Position numbers and translations under genes: made by a program. A stretch of DNA of 63,304 nt, the filler included, from Chiloscyllium plagiosum (taxonomy: Eukaryota): the NCBI RefSeq assembly GCF_004010195.1. It is 7 parts of one record of this genome, joined end to end, with 100 filler letters (N's around TTAATTAATTAA, not from the genome) between each part and the next. Parts side by side here need not be neighbours in the genome. Positions count along the whole stretch, not along the records: positions 1 to 26,109 come from NC_057710.1; positions 26,210 to 31,684 come from NC_057710.1; positions 31,785 to 41,318 come from NC_057710.1; 4 more parts are not named here. One strand, 5' to 3'. The notes beneath the pieces are model-generated. The model did not search any database and was not told the DNA's origin. It was given only the letters and a program-made list of their open reading frames with translations. Every line of letters begins with the position of its first letter. Positions within the stretch are counted from its first letter, which is position 1. Below, in pieces: positions 25,708 through 37,130 of the stretch.

Positions 25708-25887
25708 TAACAGTCTCCGGGGTATCGGTTACTGGGCTCTGGGAGTCTCTCTAATGGGCTCTGGGAATTTCAGTTATGAGGCTCTGGGGTCTTGGTTATG
25801 GAGCTCTGGGGTCTCTATCCTATAAGCTCCAGGGTCTCAGTTACGGGACTGCAGGGTCTTTCTAATGGGTTCCAGGGTCTCGGTTAC

Positions 25888-26109
25888 ATAGAACATAGAA
25901 CATAGAAGAATACAGCGCAGTACAGGCCCTTCGGCCCTCGATGTTGCGCCGATCCAAGCCCACCTAACCTACACTAGCCCACTATCCTCCATATGCCTAT
26001 CCAATGCCCGCTTAAATGCCCATAATGAGGGAGAGTCCACCACTGCTACTGGCAGGGCATTCCATGAACTCACGACTTGCTGAGTAAAGAACCTACCCCT
26101 AACATCTCT
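25888..26109 (-). mobile_element. Young CR1 3' tail
   Basis: (catagaa)n tail; near-identical to 40710-40925. Confidence 0.9.
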
Positions 26110-26209
26110 NNNNNNNNNNNNNNNNNNNNNNNNNNNNNNNNNNNNNNNNNNNNTTAATTAATTAANNNNNNNNNNNNNNNNNNNNNNNNNNNNNNNNNNN
26201 NNNNNNNNN
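26110..26209. other. Assembly linker N44-TTAATTAATTAA-N44 (also 31685-31784, 41319-41418, 50129-50228, 56781-56880, 61219-61318)
   Basis: Identical 100-bp construct six times; the 12-mer puts stops in all six frames. Confidence 0.97.
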
Positions 26210-26219
26210 TCACTGCCTT

Positions 26220-26257
26220 TATTCCTGATGAAGGGCTTTTGCCCGAAACGTCGATTT
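26220..26257 (+). ncRNA. Minimal hammerhead motif in family A pLTR (26210-26315)
   Basis: CUGAUGA 26225-26231, GGGC-UUUU-GCCC, GAAACGUC ending 26252. Confidence 0.7.
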
Positions 26258-26315
26258 CGAAGCTCCTCGGATGCTGCCTGAACTGCTGTGCTCTTCCAGC
26301 ACCTCTAATCCAGAA

Positions 26316-28380
26316 CCATGCCCTCACTCTGCCCATCATCTTGTTCCTCACATAACTGTAGAATGGCTTGACTAGATGTTCCACTTATCTTGTCATTCAA
26401 GGTTCTTTCACCCTACCATCTTTTCCTTGCCTCAGTGGGGCAAATCTGTCCAGCACTATCTGCAAGTGCTCCCTAAACAACTTCCACATTTCTGTCATGC
26501 ATTTCCCTGAGAATAACTGCTCTCAGTTTATGCTCCACAGTTACTGCCTAAGTGCATTGTAGTTCCCCGTCCTCCAATTAAATACTTGCCCCTATCGTCT
26601 ACTCCTATCCATCTCCATGAGTATGGTAAAGGTCAGGGAGTTGTGATCACTATCACTTCAGTGCTCTCCCACTGAGATCTGCACCTGACCTGGTTCGTTG
26701 CCAAGCACCAAATCCAATATGACCTCACCTCTTATTGGTCTATCTACATATTGAGTCAGGAATCCTGACAAAATCTGCTCCATCCAAACTATTTGAACTA
26801 AGTTGGTTCCAATCAATATTCGGGAAGTTAAAGTCACCCATGACAACAACCCTTTTACTTCTGCACCTTTTCAAAATCTGCCTCCCAATCTGCTCCTCCG
26901 TGTCTCTGTTGCTGTTGGGGGTCTGTAGAAAACTCCCAATAAAGTAACTGCTCCTTTCCTGTTTCTGACTTCCACCCATACTGATTCTGTAGACAAACCC
27001 TCCTCAACAATCTCCCTTTCTGCAGCTGTGATACTATCCCTGATGAGAAATGCCACTCTTCCACCTCTTTTACCTTCTCCCCTATTCATTTTGAAACATC
27101 TAAACTTTGGAACATCTAACAACCATTCCTCCCCTGTGAAATCCAAATCTCCGTAATGGCAACAACTCATTGTTCCAAATACTGATCCATGCTCTAAGAT
27201 CATCACCCTTATTCCTGACACTTATTATGTTAAAATAGACACACTTCAACCCATTACATTGACTGCAACTTTGCTTATCAACTTCTATTGTTCCTCACAG
27301 ACTCTCTGTATCACGCTGTTTACTGCCTACCCTCTCCTCTGATCAGTAGCTCAGGTTCCCACTCCCCTGCCAAACGAGTTTAAACCCTCCTGAAGAGCTC
27401 TAGCAAACCTCCCAGGATATTGGTGCCCCTCCAGTTTAGGTTGAACCTGTCCTCCTTGTACAGGTCCCACCTTCCCCAGAAGGCATATGGTCAACATATC
27501 TGAAGCCCTCCCTCCTACGCCAGCCCTGCAGCCACGTATTCAGCTGCACTCGTTATCTGTTCCTAGCCTCACCAGCACATGGCACCGGTCGCAATCCTGA
27601 GATTATTACTCTGCTCCTTCTGCACTATAGCTTCCAACCTAACTCCCTATATTCTCTTTTCAGGTCCTCATTCCTTCTACTACCTATGTCATTGATACCA
27701 ATGTGTACCACTACTTCTGGCTGCTCACCCATCCCCTTAAATATCCTGTAGATTTGATCCGAGACATTTCTGACCATGGCACCCGAGATACCATCCGGGA
27801 GTCTGGCTCACAATCACAGGATCTCCTGTCTGTTCCTCTAACTGTTGAATCTCCTCTCACTGTTGCTCGCCTATTCTCCCTCCTTCCCTTCTGAGTCACA
27901 GAGCCAGGCTCAGTGCAGAAACCTGGCCACTGTGGCTTTCCCTGGTAGGTCGCTCCCTTCAGCATTATCAAAAATGGGATACTTATTGTTGAAGGGGAAC
28001 TTCCACACGGGGTCCTTGCACTGTCTGCCTATTCTCTTTCCCTCTCCTGATGCTCACCCAACTCCCCTTATCCTGTAACTTATGTGTGACTGCCTCCCTA
28101 CAACTCCTCTCTATCACCCAGTCAGCCTTCTGAATGATCCAAAGTTCATCCAGTTCCAGCTCCAGTTCCCTAATGTGGTCTGTGAGGAGCTGGAGTTGGG
28201 TGCACTTCTCCCAGGTGAAGTCATCAGGGCCACCATTGGTGACCCTTACCCACACATCCTGCAGGAGGAGCATGTTATTGCCCTAGCCTCCATCCCCTCT
28301 GCTCTAAATTGCCAAAAGAGATAAAAAGAAACCTTACCAATCCTTGTCACAACCTTTTTTTTGGTTAGAGGAGAAGGTTG
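26316..28380 (-). mobile_element. CR1 5' half: ORF1 (zinc finger, coiled coil, SGNH esterase) and endonuclease, decayed
   Basis: CSSCRM, IRELELELDEL, VRGDSTVRGTDRR, ESVWVEVRNRKG..GVFYRPP, VMGDFNFPNIDW. Confidence 0.92.
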
Positions 28381-29010
28381 CGTGGGAGATGCCCGCCTGG
28401 AATTGTACTGTTCCAGAAAGTTCTCCTGCACACATAACAGGAATCACTTCCTTTCCTTGCCCCATACTGAACCTTTTTTCTCAGTCTACCCTAGGGTAAT
28501 TGTCATCACCAGCCATCCTTGTCCTGCAGATTTCCATGATCTTCGTAGAAATGCTCTCTTCTACTTCCTCTCCACCATTTGGAGGTTAAACCATTTGGAG
28601 GTTTTGGGCATAAACCCTCTACGTTCCTGACGGGAGTGCTTATGCCCAAAACGTCGACTCACCTGCTCCTCTGATTTCCATGATCTTCGTAGAAATGCTC
28701 TCTTCTACTTCCTCTCCACCATTTGGAGGTTTATAGTAATTACCCAACAAGTTCACTGGTCATTTCCTGTTTCTCACCTCCAACCATATTGATTCTAATT
28801 TACAAATAGTATCTTGTTCAAGAATAATGATAGTATCTTTAACCAAGACTGCTACACCATTTCCCCTAAAACTCACCCTATTTCCACTGAAATCTTTATA
28901 ATGCTGGATGTTAAGTATCATGTTCTGGCTTGAACCAAGTTCCTTTCAATGCTACAATGTCATATTCCCTGAGAGAAATTTTAGCTTCTTGTTCCCCAGT
29001 TTTGGAGAAA

Positions 29011-29441
29011 TGTACTTCTCCTATAACACTGTAGGTGTGTTCCAGCGAAACCTCGCTTACTCGAAATAATGGGGCCTATGGGAAAAGTGGGGTTGAGGCA
29101 GACCAGCAAAAAGTATCACTCACAATCACTCAAAAATCACCCAAAAGTCTAACACAAAGTATAGCACAGCCTGAATGAATCATTTATTAACAAACAAAAG
29201 TTAATTTAACACAGTACATTTAGAAAATGTAAGAAAGCTGCTTTCTGTATCTCTCACAGAAAGCTGCTCTGTCAGCAGCTGACATCATACATACAGCATG
29301 AAGCGCGCAAACTGATCCCTGCTGGAATTGTGCTATTGCAAATGGAGGTAAGTGTTCTTGAAAATACTGTTCCCTAATTCACCAGTGATGTGAAAGCAAA
29401 ATCACACTGCCGAAACGTATGTTATCCCAGAACTGCCTGTA
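29011..29441. mobile_element. Possible non-autonomous pogo/Tigger-like DNA transposon
   Basis: Imperfect terminal inverted repeats ttctcctataaca (left) and tgttatcccagaactgcctg-TA (right); non-coding interior. Confidence 0.4.
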
Positions 29442-29564
29442 CATATAATTTAACCCTGCCCTTATCTCTTTCTTACCCATTGGAAGCCATTTAAGCCTTC
29501 CCTCTCTTCCTTTCTCCTGTTCCCCATCTTCTCTCTTTGGTCATCTCTAGTACTTAGGGAGAAA

Positions 29565-29780
29565 GAGAGGACTGCAGATGTTGGAGAGTCAGAGTCAAAA
29601 AGTGCAGAGCTGGAAAAGTACAGCGGGTCAGGCAGCACCAGAGGAGCAGGTGAGTCGACGTTTTGGGCATAAGCACTCCCGTCAGGAACGTAGAGGGTTT
29701 ATGCCCAAAACACTGCCTGTCCTGCTCCTCAGATGCTGCCTGACCTGCTGTACTGTTCCACCATCACACTTCTTGTCTCT
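29565..29780. mobile_element. Fold-back Penelope-like pLTR pair
   Basis: gctggaaaagtacagcgggtcaggcagca...ttttgggcataa / ttatgcccaaaa...gatgctgcctgacctgctgtactgttcca inverted arms. Confidence 0.8.
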
Positions 29781-29899
29781 AGAACTTCCAAAACCAGGTC
29801 CGTTAGCAAACCAATCCCCTGCCTTAAATCCACCCCTACAAAACATCTTCCTCTCTCAATCAGGAGATTCGTTCCGTTCCTGCTCAGGTGAAGGCTATC

Positions 29900-30330
29900 T
29901 CTTCTAAACAGTTTTCTTCTTTCACAAAACTGATCCCAATGTCCCAGAAATCTAAACTTGTCAAGCTCTGATCAGCTTTCGCCTGAACAGTCAAATTTGT
30001 GGCACAGGGATTATTTCTGAGATTACTGACCTGGTGGGAATGTGTTTCAACCCACTCCCGAACTGAAGCTGATACTGCAAGACGTCTGAGCTGCTGCTGT
30101 CTACGTTATTGGTTCCCACATGAACCACTACCACTGGCTGTTCACCCTTCCTTTCCAAAAGTTTATTCAGCCTTTCCATTATATCCCAAACTCTTGCAAC
30201 CAAAAGGCAACAGATCACACAGGACTCATGATTTTGACTGTAAACTTGTTTCAGTGTTCTTTGACACCAGGTCTTTCATGATCTCCTAAAAAGTCATGGT
30301 GACTGAGCTGATTTCTCCCAGAATTGTCCC
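29900..30330 (-). mobile_element. Old CR1 ORF1 esterase fragment
   Basis: ICCLLVARVWDIMERL..GEQPVVVVHVGTNNV. Confidence 0.75.
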
Positions 30331-30702
30331 CAGTCGTTTCTCACTAACACTCTCTGTTCTGAAGCAACTATAGTTATTACTTATGTGTCTTGTTCTCATG
30401 AGAACTGCTGATCTGATGTGACAAGTAGACAATTAGTGCACATAATGGAATGCTCCTGACTGGTAAGAATGTAATTTGTCAGCTGAACGTTTGAAAAATT
30501 GCTGACCTCTTGAAAAAGAGCAAGTGGAAGACAGACTGGAGACATACTGAATCATTAAAAACATCTTTATTTCATATAACACTGGCACGAGCTCAACATC
30601 AAAGTCCTTTTCTCTCCCTGAAGAAGAAACACTAATGAATGCTGCTCACTTAGTGTGAAGACATTGCCATTTTGTGAAGTTACTGTGAGCTTTCAAACTG
30701 TT

Positions 30703-30890
30703 GTGCTGAGAGATCCCAGTGCTAGGCTCTGCTGGTGCTGGGAGATCCCAGAGCTGGAATCTGCTGGTGCTAGGAGATCCTAGTATTGGGCTCTGCTCGT
30801 GCGGTTTGATTCCAGTACTGGGATTTGCTGGTGCTGTGTGATCCCTGTACTGGGATCTGCTGATGCAGGGTGTTCCCAGAGCTGCTGCTG
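30703..30890. repeat. 32-bp minisatellite (~5.5 copies) with palindromic core
   Basis: Unit starts at 30711, 30743, 30775, 30807, 30839, 30871; consensus AGATCCCAGTACTGGGATCTGCTGGTGCTGGG. Confidence 0.85.
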
Positions 30891-30985
30891 TGTGGTTATA
30901 ATGGTGTAGAAATCCTGATAGATCATTTAAGACCTGTGCACTGACCATTGTTGTGTCATTCATTTTCCTCCTGTGTTTCAAACAG

Positions 30986-31095
30986 GCGTTCGATTTCGCC
31001 AGGAAAAGTTACTTGAAGAACTGAAGGATTATAAGTTTATATTCCCCCAGCTGCTATCAGGAAGAGGGAATTGGAGTATACCCATACTGCCTCAG
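30986..31095 (+). CDS. Probable internal coding exon of an ADAM (M12B metalloprotease) gene, start of prodomain (exon-2-like)
   Basis: Polypyrimidine + CAG acceptor, CAG|GTAATG donor, 110 bp, phase 1 to 0, open frame (G)VRFRQEKLLEELKDYKFIFPQLLSGRGNWSIPILPQ with the L-x-x-Y-x-hydrophobic-x-x-P pattern of ADAM prodomain N-termini; non-repeat context. Family assignment by recall, not by search. Confidence 0.55.
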
Positions 31096-31199
31096 GTAAT
31101 GACTGTGAGCCAGATCTCCAGGCTGATTGCTTCAGCTCACTCCAATCCACATGCTGTTGCTGCTGCTCCTGAAGCTGTGATCAGAATCTCAATCATTCA

Positions 31200-31684
31200 A
31201 GGTAATGAGAGGCATGGACAGAGTAGATAGCCAGAGACTTTTCCCCAGGACAGAAATGGCTGTCACGAGGGGTCATAATTTTAAGGTGACTGGAGGAAGG
31301 TTTAGGAGAGATGTCAGAGGTAGGTTCTTTTTGCAGAGAGTGGTGGGTACATGGAATGCACTGCCAGCGGTGGCAGTAGAGTCAGAGACATTAGGGACAT
31401 TTAAGTGACTGCTGGACAAGCACGTGGATGGCAGTAAATTGAGGGGAGTGGAGATTAGGTTGGTCTTAAGAGTCACAGAGTCATAGAGATGTATAGCATG
31501 GAAACAGACCCTTCGGTCCAACCCGTCCATGCCGACCAGATATCCCAACCCAATCTAGTCCCACCTGCCAGAACCCGGCCCATATCCCTCCAAACCCTTC
31601 CTATTCATATACCCATCCAAATGCCTCTTAAATGTTGCAATTGTACCAGCCTCCACCACTTCTTCTGGCAGCTCATTCCATACA
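31200..31684. mobile_element. Two CR1 3' fragments, tail to tail (31200-31470 plus; 31471-31684 minus)
   Basis: MRGMDRVDSQRLFPR..RGRFFLQRVVGTWNALP; agagtcatag tail repeats. Confidence 0.85.
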
Positions 31685-31784
31685 NNNNNNNNNNNNNNNN
31701 NNNNNNNNNNNNNNNNNNNNNNNNNNNNTTAATTAATTAANNNNNNNNNNNNNNNNNNNNNNNNNNNNNNNNNNNNNNNNNNNN

Positions 31785-32625
31785 GGTATGTAGAGATGAG
31801 TTCAGTGGGGCAGGAGCATGCTGAGACAATGGGTCGGCCAGGGTGGTCAGGCTTGTGGATCTTGGGAAGGAGGTAGAACTGGGCAGTGCGGGATTCCCGG
31901 TCTATGAGGTTGGAAGCTGTGGGTGGGAGATCTCCTGGGGTGATGAGGTTCTGTATGGTCTGGGAGTTATGGTTTGGTGAAGGGGGGGTGGGGTCATGGT
32001 CAAGGGGGCGGTAGGAAGAGGTGTCCTCGAGTTGGCGTTTGGCTTCAGCGGTGTAGAGGTCAGTGCGCCAGACTACCACTGCGCCCGCTTTATCTGCTGG
32101 CTTGATGGTGAGGTCAGGGTTAGAGCAGAGGGAGTGGAGGGCTGCACGTTGTGAGGGTGAGAGGTTGGAGTCGGGGAGGGGGTTAGACAGGTTGAGGCGG
32201 TTAATTTGAAGTCCACATTGATGCTCTGGGATTGAAGTGTTCTGAGGCGGAAGATGAGCACGCCCCTGGTGCTCACCTTCCACTCTACCAACCTTCGCAT
32301 AAACCAAATCATCCGCTGACATTTCCGCCAACTCCAAATGGACCCCACCACTAGGGATATATTTCCCTCCCCGCCCCTTTCAGCCTTCCGCAAAGACCGT
32401 TCCCTCCGTGACTACCTGGTCAGATCCACGCCCCCCTTACAACCCATCCTCCCATCCTGGCACCTTCCCCTGCCACCGCAGGAATTGCAAAACCTGTGCC
32501 CACACCTCCTCCCTCACCTCCATCCAAGGCCCTAAAGGAGCCTTCCACATCCATCAATGTTTTACCTGCGCATCCACCAATATCATTTATTGTATCCGTT
32601 GCTCCCGATGCGGTCTCCTCTACAT
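31785..32625. mobile_element. Rearranged Penelope-like family A element (RT N-part minus 31785-32207; GIY-YIG region plus 32263-32625)
   Basis: TIKPADKAGAVVVW..FYLLPKIHKP..GRPIVSAC (minus); GTFPCHRRNCKTC..NIIYCIRCSRCGLLYI (plus). Confidence 0.88.
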
Positions 32626-34486
32626 TATCTGCACACACTAGGCAAAAACTGTCCCATCTATAGTACTCGTACTATAGTGTTCCCAGTCAATATTTGGAAA
32701 GTTGAAGTCCCCCATGACAACTACCCTGTCTGTCTCATTCCTATCGAGAATCATCTTTGCTATCCTCTCTTCTACATCTCTGGGACTATTCGGAGGCCTA
32801 TAGAAAACTCCCAACAGGGTGACCTCTCCTTTCCTGTTTCTAACCTCAGCCCATACTACCTCAGTTGACGGGTCCCCAAACATCCTTTCTGCAACTGTAA
32901 TACTGTCCTTGACCAACAATGCCACACCTCCCACTCTTTACCATCTTCTCTGTTCTTTCTGAAACATCTCAATCCTGGAACCTGCAACAACCATTCCTGT
33001 CCCTGCTCTATCCATGTCTCCAAAATGGCCACAACATCGAAGTCCCAGGTACCGACCCATGCTGCAAGTTCACCCACCTTATTCCGGATGCTCCTGGCGT
33101 TGAAGTCGACACATTTCAAACCAACTTCTTGCTTGCCAGTGCCATCTTGCAACCCTGAAACTTGATTTTGGACTTCTCTACTCTCAACCTTTCCTATACT
33201 CGAACTACAATTTTGGTTCCCATCCCCCTGCTGGATTAGTTTAAACCCACTTCAATAGCCTTAGCGAATTTCCCCCCCAGGATATTGGTACCCCTCTGGT
33301 TCAGATGAAAACCATTCTGCTTGTAGAGGTCTCATCTACCCCAGAAAGAGCTGGTGGAAAGGCAATTACGATGCAATTAGGCAAGATTTGGATGTATAGG
33401 TTTGGGAGGGAAACTGCAGGGATGGGCACAACAGAAATGTGGAGCTTATTCAAGGAACAGCTACTTGATAAGTGTGTACCTGTCAAGCATGGAGGAAGCT
33501 GTCGAGCGCAGGAGCCATGGTTTATGACGGACGTTGAGTCTCTTGTCAAGAAGGAGAAGGCTTATGTTAGGATGAGATGTGAAGGCTTAGTTAGGGCGCT
33601 TGAGAGTTACAGGTTAGCCAGGAAGGATCTAAAGAGAGAGCTAAGAAGAGCCAGGAGGGGACATGAGAAATCATTAGCAGATAGGATCAAGGAAAACCCT
33701 AAAGCTTTCTATTGGTATATTATGTATTAGAATGGTATTATTATGGTATAGAATGACTAGAGTAAGATTAGGGCCAATCAGGGAAAGCAGTGGGAAGTTG
33801 CGCGTGAATTCCGAGGAGATAGGGTAATCGCTAAATGAATTCATTTTGTCAGTATTCACACTGGACAAAGACAATATTGTGGAGGAAATACTGAGACACA
33901 AGCTACTGGACTTCACAGGATTGAGTTTCACAAGCAGGAGGTGTTTGCAATACTGGAAGTGTGAAAATACATAATTCTGGATGGGACTTATCTTGGATTC
34001 TTTGGGAAGCCAGGGAGCAGATTGCAGAGCCTAAGGCTTTGATCTTTACATAGAACAATACAGCGCAGAACAGGCCCTTCTGCCCTCGATGTTGTGCCGA
34101 CCTGTGAACTAATCTAAGCCCATCCCCTGCACTATCCCATCATCATCCATATGCTTATCCAAGGACTGTTTAAATGCCCCTAATGTGGTTGAGTTAACTA
34201 CATCAGCAGGCAGGGCCTTCCACACCCTTACCACTCTCTGAGTAAGGAACCTGCCTCTGACATCTGTCTTAAACCTATCAGCCCTCAATTTGTAGCTATG
34301 CCCCCTCGTACAAGCCAACATCATCATCCTCGGAAAAACAGTCTCACTGTCCACCCTATCTTATCCTCTGATCATCTTGTATGTCTCTATTAAATCCCCT
34401 CGTAGCCTTCTTCTCATCAATGAGAACAGACACAAGTCTCTCAGCCTTTCATCGTAAGACTTTCTCTCCATATTAGGCAACATCCT

Positions 34487-34933
34487 AGTAAAGTTTTGCA
34501 AGGTTTGAAGCTCAGGTTGAGGTTTAGGGTGTAGGTTTGCTCGCTGAGCTGTAGGTTTGATATCCAGACGTTTCATTACCTGGCTAGGTAACATCATCAG
34601 TGGCGACCTCCAAGTGAAGCGAAGCTGTTGTCTCCTGCTTTCTATTTATATGTTTCTCCTGGATGGGATTCCTGGGGTGTGTTGATGTCATTTCCTGTTC
34701 ATTTTCTGAGGGGTTGATAGATGGTATCTAGATCGATGTGTTTGTTTATGGTGTTGTTGTTGGAGTGCCAGGCCTCTAGGAATTCTCTGGCATGTCTTTA
34801 CTTAGCCTGTCCCAGGATAGATGTGTTGTCCCAGTCGAAATGGTGAGTTTTTTTCCTCCATGTGTAGGGCTACGCGGGAGAGAGGGTCATGTCTTTTTGT
34901 GGCTAGCTGGTGTTCATGTATCCAGGTGGCTAA
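34487..34933 (-). mobile_element. Penelope-like family B 3' end nested in CR1
   Basis: Homologous to 13993-14410; flanked by cctagtaaa / cctggtaaa imperfect duplication. Confidence 0.85.
34564..34603 (-). ncRNA. Type I hammerhead motif, family B, intact core
   Basis: Minus strand CCA-CUGAUGA-U-GUUACCU-AGCC-AGGUAAU-GAAAC-GUC-UGG: stem I CCA/UGG, 7-bp stem II. Confidence 0.75.
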
Positions 34934-37130
34934 CCTGGTAAATCTCCTCTGCACCTTTTCCAATGTTTCCACATCCCTCCTGTAACGGAGCGACCAGAAC
35001 TGTACAATATTCCAAGTGAGGTCGCATTAGCGTTTTGTACAATTGCAGCATGACATCACGGCTCCAGAACTCAATCCCTCTACCAACAAAACCTAACACA
35101 TTTTTTTTTTACAGCACTATCAACTTGGGTGGCAACTTTCAGGGATCTATGTACATGGACTCCAAGATCCCTCTGCACATCCACACTACCAAGAATCTTT
35201 CCATCGACCCAGCACTCTGCCTTCCTGTTATTCTTCCCAAAGTGAATCAACTCACATTTATCTGCATTGAACTCCATTTGGCAGTTTATCTCAGTCCCCC
35301 TGCAACCTGTAACATTCTTCCAAACTATCCACTACTCCACTGACTTTATTGTCGTCTGCAAACTTACTAATCCATCCACTTATGCCTGCGTCTTAGTCAT
35401 TTATAAAAATGACAAACAGCAGTGGTCCCAAAACAGATCTTTGTGGCACACCATTGTTAACCGGACTTTGTCTTCATTGTCTACAGGAGTACTGCCAGAA
35501 GACTGGAGGATAGCAAATGTTGTCCCCTTGTTCAAGAGGGAAGTAGAGACAACCCTGATAATTATAGACCAGTGAGCCTTACTTCGGCTGTGTTGGAAAA
35601 CGTTATAAGAGATAGGATTTATAATCATCTGCAGAGAAATATGTTGATTAGGGATAGTCAACACGACTTTGTGAAGGGTAGGTCGTGCCTCACAAGCCTT
35701 ATTGTGTTCTTTGAGAAGGTGACCAAACAGGTGGACAAGGGTAAAGCGGTTGATGTGATGTATATAAATTTCAGTAAGACATTCGACAAGGTTCCCGATG
35801 GTAGGCAGTTGCACAAAATACAGAGGCATGGGATTGAGGGTGATTTAGCAATTTGGATCAGAAATAGGCTAGCTGAAAGAAGCGAGAGTGACAGGATAGT
35901 TGTTATGGGGGCTTTAACTTTCCAAATATTGACCGGGAATACTACAAGTACTTTAGATGGGTCAGTTTTTGTCCAATGTATGGTTTCTTGACACAGTTTG
36001 TAGACAGGCCGACAAGAGGCGAGGCCACATTAGGTTTGGTTCTGGGTAATGAACCCGTCCAGGTGTTAGGTTTGGAGGTAGGGGAGCACTTTTGGTGATA
36101 GTTGGTGATAGTGGTTGATGGGAAATGTTGATCCTGGAGATCAGTTACGAGTGGTGTACCACAAGGATCTGTTTTGGGTCCACTGCAGTTTGTCATTTTT
36201 ACAAATGATCTGGATGAGGGCATAGAAGCATGTGTTAGTAAATTTGCGGTTGACACTAAGATTGGTGGAGTCGTAGATAGTGCTGAAGGACGTTGCAGGT
36301 TACAGAGTGACATAAGATAAGCTGCAGAGCTGGACTGAGAGGTAACAACTGCTGTTTAATGCAGAAAAATGTGAGGTGATTCATTTTAGATAGAGTAAGG
36401 AATGCAGAGTACTGGGCTAATTCTTGGTAGTGTAGATGAGCAGAGAGATCATGGTGTCCATGTACAGAGATCTCTAAAGGTCACCACCTAGGTTGATAGG
36501 AGTATTAAAAAGGCATCTGGTGTGTTAGCTTTTATTGGTAAAGGGATTGAGTTTCGGAACCATGAAGTCATGGTGCAGCTGTACAAAATGCTGGTGCAGC
36601 CGCACTTGGAGTATTGTGTACAGTTCTGGTCACTGCAATATAGGAAGGATGTGGAAGCTTTGGAAAGGGTTCAGCCGAGATTTACTGAGGTGTTGCCTGG
36701 TATGGAGGGAAGGTCTTACAAGGAAAGGCTGAGGGACTTGAGGCTGTTTTCATTTGAGAGAAGAAGGTTGAGAGGTGACTTAATTGAGACAGAAAGATAA
36801 TCAGAGTGTTCGAAAGGGTGAACAGTGAGAGCCTTTTTCCTCAGATGGTGATGGCCAGCATGAGGAGACATTGCTTCAAATTGAGGGGTGATAGAGATAG
36901 GACAGATGTCAGAGGTGGTTTCTTTATTCAGAGAGTAGTAAGGGTGTGGAACATATTGCCAGCACCACTAGTAGACTCGCCAACTTTAAGGGCATTTAAA
37001 TGGTCATTTGATAAACATATGGACAAAAGTGGAATAGTATAGGATAGATGGGTTTTGGATTGCTTTCGCAAATCGGCGCAACAACAAGGACCTATCCTGC
37101 CCTTTACTGTTATATGCTCTATGTTCTATC

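Larger units (their letters stand above)
34048..35463 (-). mobile_element. CR1 3' portion nested in the preceding CR1
   Basis: acatagaac tail at 34048; MEFNADKCELIHFG, RPHLEYC, RLRGDLIETYKMIRG. Confidence 0.88.
32630..37130 (+). mobile_element. CR1 with inverted 5' segment (32630-33345 minus) and plus-strand body (33350-34047, 35466-37130)
   Basis: FNARSIRNKVGEL..ILETW and GVFYRPP on minus; KENPKAF, PEDWRIANVVPLFK, HLEYCVQFWS on plus; reading resumes across the 34048-35463 insertion. Confidence 0.85.

Noticed and set aside
30703..30890. CRISPR-like palindromic repeats
   Set aside because: The 12-bp intervals are conserved, not spacers.
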